Translations under genes and position numbers: made by a program
Shown here: positions 10,070 to 19,725 of the stretch, in pieces
Position numbering within the stretch: position 1 is the stretch's first letter
Layout of the letters: each line of letters begins with the position of its first letter
The notes under the pieces: model-generated
Seen by the model: the letters and a program-made list of their open reading frames with translations, nothing else
Databases searched by the model: none
Told to the model about the DNA's origin: nothing
From: Polyangiaceae bacterium
GTDB lineage: Bacteria > Myxococcota_A > Polyangia > Polyangiales > Polyangiaceae
Length of the DNA stretch: 64,000 nucleotides
Direction: 5' to 3'
Assembly (NCBI GenBank): GCA_965222375.1
Contig: CBDCTZ010000014.1
Span: 256,001-320,000, forward strand

Positions 10070-12105
10070 TTGTCCTCCATGCCGCGGCTCGAGCCCTGAC
10101 GCAGAGCGCGGTTCTTTGCAGCTTCCTGTTGAAGCGTCGGTGCCCGCTCGAGCATGTCGAGCATACGCTCGTCCTGATTCACGCTCGGCTGTGGTGGAGG
10201 CTCTCCACCTGAGCCGCCGCCATCCGGGGGGCCGGAGTTGCCGCCGTTGCCGGCGTCGCTTCCGGCATCTCCTTGGTCCTGATTGGAACCGTCATCGCCT
10301 GCATCCGAGCCGCTGTCGCCTTGCCCGTCCGGATCCGAGCTGTCATTGTCGCTGTCAGCAGCGTCGTTGGAGTCGGGTTGGGAGTCCGGGTTCTGGTCCT
10401 GGCTTGCGTCGCGCTCGTTCTCCTCGTCCTCGGCTCGACGCAGCGCGATAGCACGATTCCACGCGGCGTCCCGGCCGATGCCGTCGCCGGCGTCATTGGA
10501 CAAGCCGGGGATCAGAGCCAAGGCCCGATCGTAGTGCTCGACCGCGGCGCGGTAGCTCTTTCGCAGAAACTCCAGGTTGCCGGCCAGGTAGTGCGCTCGA
10601 GTGCGCAGTTCGATGGGTTGCGTGCGGTCTGTCGCCACGGCCAGCGCGATGCGCAGTGCACAATCCACCTCGGCACCTCGCGCGGCCAGGGCCGCCTCTT
10701 CTTCACGCGAAAGGGTGTCCTTGGAATCGTCGTCGTCCTCGCCGAAGCGCTCGCCAAATCCCTCAGCGACCTCGAATAGCGCCAGCCCCAGATCGAAGCC
10801 GGCGTTGGATTTCTTCTTCACGCTCCTTGGGGTGCCGATGCTGCCGCTTTCGCATGGCCCGGTGCCCAGGTAGCGTGAAAGCAGACCGACGGCGGCGTTC
10901 GCATCGCCCCCGTCCATGTAGGAGATGGCTTCGTCCACCTCGGGCGCGTTGCGAGTGAACACACGATCCACGGTTTCGCAAGCGACTCCGCTGAGTAGCA
11001 AAGAGAGCATCAGCCCGAGGGCTGCTGCGTGCCGCTGCTTGCGGCGAAGTCGGCGACGGGGCGGGGGCGGCGGCAGCTGTGGACGGGGTTTGTGTCGTGG
11101 CGCGTCGCCAACGAAGGTCTCCAGGAGCGCCAGCAAAACTGCGAGGGCAAGCGGGTAGGCGTAGATATCGGCGTAGACCGTCTCCACCTTTTCGCTGAGT
11201 TCCTCCGTCATCAGCTTGCGCATTCGTGCCGCCACGCGACGGATACCCGTGCCGCCCCGTTCGCTTTGCACGATGTAGCCACCACTCACGGACGCAACCT
11301 TCGCTAGCTGAGCTTCGCCGTCCGCCGTCAACTGGGTGGTGAGGGGCTTGCCATCGTCGTCCGTGCGCATGCCGATCACTTCCCCGCCTTCATCCACTTC
11401 GGGGATGGGCTCGGGGGTCCGGCCACCAATCTGCACCACATTGATACTCGTGCCCTCATTCGCCGCCGCCTGAGCCACGGATACGGGGTCACCCTCGAGG
11501 TCCTCGCCATCCGTGACCAGCACGATCACGCGCTTGTGCTTCTTGGAAAGCGGATCCCGGGCCAACAGCTCGCGGGCGGCCTCGAGGGCGCGGGCGATCG
11601 CCGTGCCGCCAACAGGCAGGTCGTTCGGACTGAGTTGACGGAAGAACTGGGCAATCGCAGCTCCGTCGCTCGTGAGCGGGAAGGCAAGAGGTTCGCCCGC
11701 GAAGGCGACGGCGCCGACTCGGGCTCCCGGCAGATCCGCGATCAAGCGGCCAACTTCGTTTTTGGCTCGTGCGATTCGAGAAGGCGCAACATCTTGCGCG
11801 TACATGCTCTTGGAGTAGTCGAGCACGATCACGACATCGAGGTTGGTTGCAGGGATCAGTCGCGTTCCCCGGCCGTACTGCGGGCCTGCCATGGCCAAGA
11901 ATGCAAACACCGTCGAGAGCACCACCATGACGCCCTTGAAGGCTCGCCGGCCACCGGCCTTGGTCGTTACGAGCGCTTCGACGCGCTGCTCATCGCCGAA
12001 GCGCCGAACAGCCCGCACAAGCAGCACACCACCGAAGATCAGGAGTCCGGCGACCGCCAATGCCAGCGCGACTCCCAGCAGCCACCAGGGTTCCGATAGC
12101 TTCAT
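10066..12105 (-). CDS. BatB-like vWA protein fused to a BatC-like TPR domain and acidic tail
   Basis: MIDAS DYSKSM, DVAPSRI, PLTSD, VTDGED; TPR (HYLAGN...HYDRAL, DAAWNRAIA); Asp/Gln/Gly tail ending MEDK. Confidence 0.85.
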   Translation of the reverse strand: MKLSEPWWLLGVALALAVAGLLIFGGVLLVRAVRRFGDEQRVEALVTTKAGGRRAFKGVMVVLSTVFAFLAMAGPQYGRGTRLIPATNLDVVIVLDYSKSMYAQDVAPSRIARAKNEVGRLIADLPGARVGAVAFAGEPLAFPLTSDGAAIAQFFRQLSPNDLPVGGTAIARALEAARELLARDPLSKKHKRVIVLVTDGEDLEGDPVSVAQAAANEGTSINVVQIGGRTPEPIPEVDEGGEVIGMRTDDDGKPLTTQLTADGEAQLAKVASVSGGYIVQSERGGTGIRRVAARMRKLMTEELSEKVETVYADIYAYPLALAVLLALLETFVGDAPRHKPRPQLPPPPPRRRLRRKQRHAAALGLMLSLLLSGVACETVDRVFTRNAPEVDEAISYMDGGDANAAVGLLSRYLGTGPCESGSIGTPRSVKKKSNAGFDLGLALFEVAEGFGERFGEDDDDSKDTLSREEEAALAARGAEVDCALRIALAVATDRTQPIELRTRAHYLAGNLEFLRKSYRAAVEHYDRALALIPGLSNDAGDGIGRDAAWNRAIALRRAEDEENERDASQDQNPDSQPDSNDAADSDNDSSDPDGQGDSGSDAGDDGSNQDQGDAGSDAGNGGNSGPPDGGGSGGEPPPQPSVNQDERMLDMLERAPTLQQEAAKNRALRQGSSRGMEDK

Positions 12106-13265
12106 GGGAACCTCCTGAGTATGAGAGCCCGAAGCAGCGCGTCCAGGGCCAGCAGCAATACAGCAGGCAAGAGGAAGAAACGGTACAGGTCCTCAAAGCT
12201 GGCCGTGCCAGCCTCGAAGCGTGTCTTCTCCAGGGTGTCCAGAACGTCGTGGAAGCTGGCCTGGAGCGCTTTCGCGTCCGTGGCCACGTAGCTTTCGCCC
12301 CCGGTCTGGGTTGCGAGCTTTTCCAACAGTTCGGGGTTCGCGGGAAACGGCACCGACACATACCTAGGTTGGCCGAACAGATCGAATCCGTCCTGCACCT
12401 CGGCAATCTCACCATCGCCAATCTGGATCGTGAACAGCTTCGTGCCCACGACGTTGGCCAAGTGCGCTGCGTATTCCGGCGAGATGGCGCCGGAGTTGTT
12501 GTCGCCGTCCGTCAGCAAGATGACTGCCTTGCTGGCCGCAGTGCTGCGTCGAAGGCGCGCCACCGCTACGCCCGACGCATCGCCAATTGCGGTTGCGCTC
12601 CCGTCGATCAACTTCAACTCCATGCGAGAGACGAGAGCATCGAGCAGGTGGTAGTCGAGGGTAGGAGGTGAAAGCACGTAGGCCTCTTTGCCAAAAACCA
12701 CGACGCCGATTCGATCCGTCTTGCGGCGCGAAATGAAGTCACGAATAACGGCCTTGGCGGCGTCTAGGCGGGTTGGGCGAATGCGGGTGTCTCTGCGGGT
12801 CACGTACTTGCCCAAATCCTTTGGCAAGTTGTCGATGACCGCTTGCATGCTCCCGGAGAGGTCCAGCACCAGCACGATGTCGATGCCGCGCTCGTCGGCA
12901 GTCTGCGGGCGCAGCGTGTTGATAGGTCGCGCCAGGGCCAGTATGGCCAAGCCCAGGCCGACGGCGCGCAATATCCCGGGCACGTCGCGAAGCCAAACGC
13001 GCGCCCCGACCGGCCCCCGCAGGAAGGGCGCCGTAGTTCCGAGCTTCATCCGTGGCGTGCGCTGGTCTTCGCCGAGGGTTGCGCGCCAAAACACAACGGG
13101 CACCAAGAGCAGCAGCAGCAGCGCGTAGGGATGACGCCAGGACGCAGACAAGAGCTCATCGCCCCGAGCCAAAGCCGGGTACAGGAGCGCGACGCCCAGG
13201 GCTACCACGGTGCCGAGGGTCAGAACCCCGGCGCGGGTGAGAGTCCGTCGTGTCCCGGGCTTCAT
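12102..13265 (-). CDS. BatA-like vWA domain protein
   Basis: GIDIVLVLDLSGSM, DRIGVVVF, PPTLDY, TAIGD, ILLTDGDNNSG. Start moved to ATG 13265, which overlaps the upstream stop (ATGA). Confidence 0.85.
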   Translation of the reverse strand: MKPGTRRTLTRAGVLTLGTVVALGVALLYPALARGDELLSASWRHPYALLLLLLVPVVFWRATLGEDQRTPRMKLGTTAPFLRGPVGARVWLRDVPGILRAVGLGLAILALARPINTLRPQTADERGIDIVLVLDLSGSMQAVIDNLPKDLGKYVTRRDTRIRPTRLDAAKAVIRDFISRRKTDRIGVVVFGKEAYVLSPPTLDYHLLDALVSRMELKLIDGSATAIGDASGVAVARLRRSTAASKAVILLTDGDNNSGAISPEYAAHLANVVGTKLFTIQIGDGEIAEVQDGFDLFGQPRYVSVPFPANPELLEKLATQTGGESYVATDAKALQASFHDVLDTLEKTRFEAGTASFEDLYRFFLLPAVLLLALDALLRALILRRFP

Positions 13266-14443
13266 GGCGCGCCTCGCGGGGGTTCTTGCGGGCTGCGGGT
13301 CGGCAGGGGCGGAGGAATCGTGCGCTCGATGATCGTCCGGGCCCGTGCCAAGGCCTCGTTGCATTCGTCAGCATCCGGGGTCAGCCGTGCGAACTTCACG
13401 AGATCTGCGCGGCGCAAGGACTTCTCGATGTCATCGAGGGCTGCGATTGGAGGGATGACTCGACGCAGGATCGCGAGCATTTCTCGAGTCGTGGACTCGA
13501 GCCCATCGAATCCATAGCGATCCCCACAGTACTGTCGCAAGATCGTCGTCACTTGTTCGAAATGTTCGACTAGGCGCTCGCGCTCGACCAGTTCTTGGCG
13601 TTGCAGATCCGCCAGCGCTTCCAGCCCCACTTCCCAAGGGGGACGCGGCGGAGGAGGTGGGGGCCCCTTCTTTTCTCGCTTCAAGAACCGCCCGAGCAGC
13701 AGCGCGACCAGGAGCGCGATGATGGCCGCGGTCAAGGCGCCAAGGGCCACGTTCTTTGCGGTGGTCCAAACCTCTTCTTGGCGGCGGGGAGGGGGATTGT
13801 GCTTGGGCTCGGGCTCCGGCGTGTTGGCGATAGGGTCTTCGACGACGATCTCGTGAGGCTGGGTGCAGACTGTCAGGACTTCGCCACTGGCGCGTTGGAC
13901 CGCGATCGGCAGTGGCGGGAGGGTCAACTCGTTTCTGCCGGGCTTCTTCGGCAGCGCGACCATCGACAGTTCGAGAGTGGTCTCGCTGCCGGTGGCAACC
14001 TCCTTGGTTGTGAGCACTGGGCCAGCACCACCGTCGGGGTGGGGGAGGATAAACTCGGAGCGCTCTAGGGCCCGCGCTTCGTCGGTCCCGGCGCGCATCC
14101 GAAGCCCCCCGGGTAGAACGGTCTCGCCCCGGCCGTGTTTGACCACCACCTTCAGCGGCAGGGCGTAGCCACTCAGTCCCTTCTTGGGAAATGTTTCGCT
14201 CAGGCTCGGGCGCTCCTTGCCTGGAGGCACGTGCTCGATACAGGTGGCGCTCTTGACGTTCGTGGGGCCCGAGTCGGCCTTCGCACCGGGGGGGGCCGGT
14301 GCTGAAGCATCCGGCGTGGCTGCATCTTGCCCAGCGCTTCGTGTGGCTGCGCCTTGCCCCGTGCCCTGTGCGGCCGCCGAAGACGCGACCAGGAGCCCCA
14401 GCGCGCAGCTCGCGCAGCTCAGGAGGGTGACCCCGTGCCTCAC
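13262..14443 (-). CDS. Bat-operon membrane protein (follows DUF58)
   Basis: Signal peptide, Ig-like domain, TM helix, then PPWEVGLEAL...ILRQY...ESTTREML...ADLVKFAR, typical of this operon position. Confidence 0.75.
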   Translation of the reverse strand: MRHGVTLLSCASCALGLLVASSAAAQGTGQGAATRSAGQDAATPDASAPAPPGAKADSGPTNVKSATCIEHVPPGKERPSLSETFPKKGLSGYALPLKVVVKHGRGETVLPGGLRMRAGTDEARALERSEFILPHPDGGAGPVLTTKEVATGSETTLELSMVALPKKPGRNELTLPPLPIAVQRASGEVLTVCTQPHEIVVEDPIANTPEPEPKHNPPPRRQEEVWTTAKNVALGALTAAIIALLVALLLGRFLKREKKGPPPPPPRPPWEVGLEALADLQRQELVERERLVEHFEQVTTILRQYCGDRYGFDGLESTTREMLAILRRVIPPIAALDDIEKSLRRADLVKFARLTPDADECNEALARARTIIERTIPPPLPTRSPQEPPRGAP

Positions 14444-15321
14444 CGCCGAGCCCTCCGTGCGCGCCGCGCAAACAGGTCTCTAAGCGGGCGCACATAGGAG
14501 CGATCTGTGCGAATCACGACATGGTCTAGACCGAGCTTGCGAAACAGCTGGATCTGATACTTCCGGTGGTCGCGCATTTGTCGGGCGTACCAAGCGCGCA
14601 CTCTGGGGCTACCCGTGTCCACGACGACGTGCTCGCCCGTCTCCAGGTCTTCGAATTGACACAGGCCGACATCGGGCAGCTCTTCGTCCCGGGGATCCAA
14701 GAGCAGACAAGGAATGATGTCGTGACGAGCGGATGCAAGAGCTAACGCACGTTCGTAGCCGCCCGCAAAGAAGTCTGACAGCAGGAATGCCACGCTTCGC
14801 CGGTGTGCAACGTTGTACAGGGTTTCCAGGGCCACGCTCAGATCCGTGCCCGTGCGCTCGGGCTCGGCACCCAGTATCTCGCGCACCACCCGCATCACGT
14901 GCTTCTGCCCCTTCTTGGGCGGCACAATTTGTTCCACCTGATCCGTCGTCAGGATGAGCCCAACGCGATCATTGTGCTTGATGGCCGAGAACGCGCACAA
15001 CGCGGCAACCTCCGCAGCCACTCGCGCTTTGCTCGCCCGCCGCGTTCCAAACTGCTCGCTGGCGGAGAGGTCCACCACCAGCATCACCGTCATCTCACGC
15101 TCTTCGACGAATACCTTGACGTAGGCTTCGTTCATTCGGGCGCTGACGTTCCAATCAATCGTGCGAACGTCATCTCCGGGTTGGTACTGGCGTACTTCCC
15201 GGAAGGCCAAGCCGCGCCCTTTGAAGACCGAGGTGTAGTTCCCGGATAGCTGCTCCGTTGCCAGACGGTTTGTCGTGATCTCGATCTTGCGCAGGGCTTT
15301 GAGGAGCTCCTTGGGAATCAC
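14440..15321 (-). CDS. DUF58 domain protein
   Basis: FKGRGLAFREVRQYQPGDDVRTIDWNVSAR, KVFVEERE, NDRVGL, LLSDF. Confidence 0.92.
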   Translation of the reverse strand: MIPKELLKALRKIEITTNRLATEQLSGNYTSVFKGRGLAFREVRQYQPGDDVRTIDWNVSARMNEAYVKVFVEEREMTVMLVVDLSASEQFGTRRASKARVAAEVAALCAFSAIKHNDRVGLILTTDQVEQIVPPKKGQKHVMRVVREILGAEPERTGTDLSVALETLYNVAHRRSVAFLLSDFFAGGYERALALASARHDIIPCLLLDPRDEELPDVGLCQFEDLETGEHVVVDTGSPRVRAWYARQMRDHRKYQIQLFRKLGLDHVVIRTDRSYVRPLRDLFARRARRARR

Positions 15322-15352
15322 GTTGGGCCTCAGATTTGTCGCGCAAATGCGA

Positions 15353-16339
15353 TCACGGAACTTCGACCACCTCGAACACCTTGCGCACGATGTCCTCGGC
15401 CGTCACTTCTTCAGCCTCTGCTTCGTAGGAGAGCACCATGCGATGCCGGAGAACGTCGGGCCCAACCGCCTTCACGTCTTCTGGAGTGACATAGCCGCGG
15501 TGACGCAAGAACGCGTGAGCTCGCGCCGCCAGGTTCAATGCGATGCTGGCGCGTGGGCTCGCGCCGAATTCGATCAGTGGCCCGAGGTCCTTGAGCCCGC
15601 GCTGGCCTGGCTCGCGTGTAGAGAAGACCACATCCACGATGTAGTCCTTCACCCGGTCGTCCATGTAGACCTCTCGGACGACTTGACGCGCCTTGGCCAG
15701 ATCCTCAGGACGCGTAACAGACTTGGCCTGGGCTTGAACTACACCGGTCATGCGATCCATGACCGCCCGTTCTTCATCCCGGGAGGGGTAGCCCACTTTC
15801 ACCATGAGCATGAAGCGGTCGACCTGGGCCTCGGGCAGGGGGTAAGTTCCCTCTTGCTCGATGGGATTCTGGGTTGCCATTACTACGAAGGGGTCTGGCA
15901 GCTCATAGGTCTTGTCGCCGATGGTGACTTGTCGCTCTTGCATCGCCTCGAGCAAGGCACTCTGCACCTTCGCCGGAGCTCGGTTGATCTCGTCAGCCAG
16001 CACCAGGTTCGCGAAGATGGGGCCGAGCTTGCTGGTGAATTCCGCTGTCTTCTGGTTGTAGATGACCGTGCCGACGAGGTCCGCAGGGAGCAGGTCCGGC
16101 GTGAACTGCACGCGAGCGAAGCTGGCGTGAATGGCATCACAAACCGTGCGCACCGTCAGCGTCTTGGCCAGCCCGGGCACGCCCTCGAGCAGGACATGAC
16201 CTCCGGCGAGCAAGCCGACCAATATTCGGTCGATCATGTAACTCTGACCGACGATGACCTTGCCCACCTCGGCCAGCAGGTCGTCAATGAAGGCGCTTTC
16301 TTTCGCAACCAGTTCGTTCAATGCGCGGACGTCTTGCAT
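15353..16339 (-). CDS. moxR: MoxR family AAA+ ATPase
   Basis: Walker A EGVPGLAKT, QFTPDLLPAD, Walker B LADEINRAPAKVQSALLEAMQE, ATQNPIEQEGTYPLPEAQVDRF, GASPRA. Confidence 0.95.
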   Translation of the reverse strand: MQDVRALNELVAKESAFIDDLLAEVGKVIVGQSYMIDRILVGLLAGGHVLLEGVPGLAKTLTVRTVCDAIHASFARVQFTPDLLPADLVGTVIYNQKTAEFTSKLGPIFANLVLADEINRAPAKVQSALLEAMQERQVTIGDKTYELPDPFVVMATQNPIEQEGTYPLPEAQVDRFMLMVKVGYPSRDEERAVMDRMTGVVQAQAKSVTRPEDLAKARQVVREVYMDDRVKDYIVDVVFSTREPGQRGLKDLGPLIEFGASPRASIALNLAARAHAFLRHRGYVTPEDVKAVGPDVLRHRMVLSYEAEAEEVTAEDIVRKVFEVVEVP

Positions 16340-16486
16340 GGGCTTTCCTCGTGTCGGCCGCCCTCGCGTATATCAGGGCTTTTGGCTCCGAGACCACCCC
16401 AGACGGCCCGCACGCGCTGAACAAACCATCGCCTATCCCCACGTATTCCCGCACTTTGCCCCCAAGCCGTGCTCAGGAGCAGCGGA

Positions 16487-17401
16487 TTATGGGCACTCGA
16501 GAGCGGCGCCTGCCGTGAGGTAACCGGCCACGACGGGCACTTTGCTCACGGTGGTTCCTGAGCCTGCGAAGGAGGCAATGACGAGGCGCTTGCAGGTCTT
16601 GGAAGAATGGCTGAGCGTCACTTCGACGGTCCCCGGGTTCACGTTCGCATACAGGCCAAAGCCCAGCGTATCTGTCGCTGTCAGGGTCGGGTCAGGCTGC
16701 ACCGGCGAAGTCTTGATATAGTGAGGACCGGTTCCCGAGTTCGGATTCATCGTGGCCGTTACGCCATCTTGGCCCGTCAGGTTCGAAGCGCCCGGTTGAA
16801 AGGCGCTGAACAGCACCTGCCCCTTGGATGGATCGATCGTTGTGCCCACTGCGGCTGCGAAGAGATTCGCCTCGGTGGTGGTGGGGTAATTGGCTACGCC
16901 AATGTCGGTCAGACCGGCTCCGGTCGTCACCGTGCGGAGCACGTTCAGGTATCCCGTTTTCTTGTACTCCAGCAAGACTTCCGAGTTGCCTGGGACTCCG
17001 GCCAAGCTGTAGTCGCCGTTCGAGTCCGTCATCACACAAGGCACACTGGGCATCTGGTAGACGCAGACTGAAAAGCCCGGAATGGGTGTGGTCGGATCGA
17101 GCAGGCCCGTCGCGCGGCCGGTCACGGTCACGGGTGGCCCCGCGTCGCCGCCCCCGCTGCCTGCAGAGCCCGCGGAGCCCGCGGAGCCCGCGCTGCCGCC
17201 AATGGCCCCGGTTCCGCCCAGGCCGGCGTCGCTGCCTCCCGTGGACAGGCCTCCCGTGCCGAAGCCCCCGGTTCCCGTCGCCCCGGTGCCCCCGGTTCCC
17301 GGCGTTCCGCCGGTGCCGACTCCGTCGTCATCCTCCTGTGCGCAAGAAACGCAGCTCACGAGTGCAACGACCGACAAAGCCCAAGTGGTTTTCTTCAACA
17401 T
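16487..17401 (-). CDS. Lipoprotein with carboxypeptidase-regulatory-like beta-sandwich domain
   Basis: ATG 17401 follows AGGAG; MLKKTTWALSVVALVSCVS-C; Gly linker; TDSNGDYSLAGVP...KTGY. The longer ORF N-terminus overlaps the neighbouring gene. Confidence 0.7.
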   Translation of the reverse strand: MLKKTTWALSVVALVSCVSCAQEDDDGVGTGGTPGTGGTGATGTGGFGTGGLSTGGSDAGLGGTGAIGGSAGSAGSAGSAGSGGGDAGPPVTVTGRATGLLDPTTPIPGFSVCVYQMPSVPCVMTDSNGDYSLAGVPGNSEVLLEYKKTGYLNVLRTVTTGAGLTDIGVANYPTTTEANLFAAAVGTTIDPSKGQVLFSAFQPGASNLTGQDGVTATMNPNSGTGPHYIKTSPVQPDPTLTATDTLGFGLYANVNPGTVEVTLSHSSKTCKRLVIASFAGSGTTVSKVPVVAGYLTAGAALECP

Positions 17402-17489
17402 TATGCTCCTGGTCTTTTCCATTCTCGCCCAGCCGTCAAGGTTGGCGCCAAAATGGCGGATTGCCGGCGGGTCCAGCGCCGAGCTGCTG

Positions 17490-18017
17490 TTAGCGCGCGC
17501 GGTCTCTCGGCACCAGGATCTTTCTGCTGGTCGCGCTGGTTTGGAGCGAACACTCCCCGCGGACGACCTGGCACGCGCCAGTTTCTGACACCAGGCGAAT
17601 CGTGAGTTCGTCACCTTCTGCGACGTGAAACCGAGCCCGCCGTGCGGTGCCGGTCCAATCCAGGTCCCACGGTCCGACTCGGAGTTCCAGCGGCTCCTCG
17701 AGGGTGCCCTCGTCACCAAGCTCGACGGCGTGGGTTCGTCGCGGATCCTTTCCAGCGATGCGGGAGTTGCGAATGGGGACCAAGCGCAGAGACGCACGCG
17801 CGCCGGCCGGTTCGGTTTCGGCCTTGCAGGTGATCGCTCCGTTCTTCGTACGCTTGGCGCATGCACGCACACGGGAGTGGGAGTGCTTCAACTTCAGGCT
17901 GCCCTGCGCCACCCCCTCGAGGGAACTGGGCGGGTCGGTCGGATTAGCGGCGCCCGGCTCGCCGGCGCCTGCAGCGAACCAAACCAATGCAAACCCAATC
18001 GGAACTTGCCGCAACAT
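17490..18017 (-). CDS. Hypothetical secreted protein
   Basis: Signal-peptide-like N-terminus, paired Cys, beta-rich; fills the gap between two real genes. Confidence 0.5.
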   Translation of the reverse strand: MLRQVPIGFALVWFAAGAGEPGAANPTDPPSSLEGVAQGSLKLKHSHSRVRACAKRTKNGAITCKAETEPAGARASLRLVPIRNSRIAGKDPRRTHAVELGDEGTLEEPLELRVGPWDLDWTGTARRARFHVAEGDELTIRLVSETGACQVVRGECSLQTSATSRKILVPRDRAR

Positions 18018-18156
18018 TTTCGCACCTTCCCCCGATCCGCACGAGCAGGACTCGTGTTCGACGTATCACGATGTGCAGTTGTTCAAAGGATTGCCGGGCA
18101 CCTGGATGCTGCGCCCATGTCTCCAGTTTCACGGCGTCGATGGAGCGGGCTCGTCC

Positions 18157-19311
18157 ATGGCATTATCCCGCCACGTGACCCGGGCAAAAGCTGTTGCTGC
18201 ATTGCTTCGCTGGATGGGACCTTGGTCCAAGTCAGCTCCAGTGGGGGTGCACAAAGAGACGCGCATTCTGCGTCCGGGTGCTGCTTCCGGGCGACGCGCC
18301 GACGAAACTCAGCGCGCCAGCGGGCCTCGGGAGCTTTCGACTCACTTGTATCGCCCCAAGGGCCAGCCTCTCGGCGCCTACCTAGTGGCACCAGGGTTGC
18401 ACTTCGACGGCCCGGATGATCCCCGGCTCGATCGCTTCTGTCGCGTCCTTGCCGCCGCGGGCTTTGTCGTCGCAGCGCCTCGGCTGCCCGGCTACTTGGA
18501 CTTGCGTGTCGAGCGCGCCGTAGCGGATGATTTCGAACTGGCGGGTCGCACGTTGGCGAGCTGGCTGCCACCGCACCAGCGGATCACGGTCTTCAGTATC
18601 AGCTTTGGCTCCTGGCCCGCCCTCGAGTTTGCGGCTCGCGCGCCTGAACTCGTGGATGCCGTCGTGTTGTTTGGTGGCTTCTCCAGCCTCGAGGCGTCTC
18701 TGCGTTATTGCTTGACCGGACAGCTGCATCTGCCTTCCGGAACGGTGCAGGGGCCGCGAGATCCCTTGAACAGTGCGGCGCTCTTCGTGAACCTGTTGCC
18801 GTTCCTGGCGGAACCCGGCGCGCAAAGCGAAGCATTGACGCGAGCGTTGCGGGAGCTGTGCTATCGCACCTGGGGCCGAATGGAGCTCAAGGCCGCGGGG
18901 CGCCTCGAGCCCTACGCGGCTTCCGTCGCCCAGACCCTTCCCCCCGAGCACCGGGACTTGTTTCTAGTCTGTGCGGGCGTCCGCCCGGGCACGATTCAGC
19001 TTGCAGAGCGTGCTCTGGAAATCGCCAGCCAAGCGCTCCAGTTCGCCGAGCCCGATACTGCGATCGATAGCCTCTCGCGGCCCGTGGTGATTTGCCACGG
19101 CCGCGACGACGACGTGATCCCGTTCACCGAGGCAGAGAAGCTCCGAAGCAAGCTCGCGGGCCGTGTACCCGTGCGGGTCCTGCTCACGGGGTTGTTCGGC
19201 CACACCGGGGTGGAGCGGGTGGGGCCGCGAGATCTAGTGCGTGAGGCGGGGAGTCTCTACGGGATGGTTCATACCCTGTCCCGGGGCGGCGCCGTGCGGG
19301 ACACCTTCTAG
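18157..19311 (+). CDS. Alpha/beta hydrolase fold protein
   Basis: LVAPGLH, nucleophile elbow FSISFGS, acid motif HGRDDDVIP, His motif LFGHT. Start at ATG 18157 is inferred. Confidence 0.75.
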   Translation: MALSRHVTRAKAVAALLRWMGPWSKSAPVGVHKETRILRPGAASGRRADETQRASGPRELSTHLYRPKGQPLGAYLVAPGLHFDGPDDPRLDRFCRVLAAAGFVVAAPRLPGYLDLRVERAVADDFELAGRTLASWLPPHQRITVFSISFGSWPALEFAARAPELVDAVVLFGGFSSLEASLRYCLTGQLHLPSGTVQGPRDPLNSAALFVNLLPFLAEPGAQSEALTRALRELCYRTWGRMELKAAGRLEPYAASVAQTLPPEHRDLFLVCAGVRPGTIQLAERALEIASQALQFAEPDTAIDSLSRPVVICHGRDDDVIPFTEAEKLRSKLAGRVPVRVLLTGLFGHTGVERVGPRDLVREAGSLYGMVHTLSRGGAVRDTF

Positions 19312-19356
19312 TCCCGAGCTGCACCTCGCTCTGCTTCCCGTGCCCAAGCCCGGTGT

Positions 19357-19647
19357 CTACTCGACACCCAGGACGGCTCCGAAAGCCGTCGCTGTGAGAC
19401 CGATGGCAATGAAAGCGCCGACCGCCCACAACAGTCCCAAGCAGAAACCCCAAAAGCTCCGCCGGGTCTTGGTGAAGTGGAAGGGGATCGCCAGGGGGCC
19501 GAAAACGACGATTGCCATCCAGAAGCTGACAGGCGTCCAGGCTCTGGAAAGCTGTTTCGCTTGTAGTCGCGCCAGGTCCCGCTTGACGATCCACCAGGGA
19601 ACGATGATGCCGAGCGCCAGCTGCAGCGCGAACAACAGAACGGTCAC
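19357..19647 (-). CDS. Small membrane protein (about 3 TM)
   Basis: Three hydrophobic segments; FGPLAIPFHF motif. Confidence 0.65.
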   Translation of the reverse strand: MTVLLFALQLALGIIVPWWIVKRDLARLQAKQLSRAWTPVSFWMAIVVFGPLAIPFHFTKTRRSFWGFCLGLLWAVGAFIAIGLTATAFGAVLGVE

Positions 19648-19725
19648 GGCGATAGCACTAGATGGCTAGGCCGCGCCGCCGAGGGCTGGCGCGCATCAGG
19701 CACCGCAGTTTCTGCGGCAGTCATC

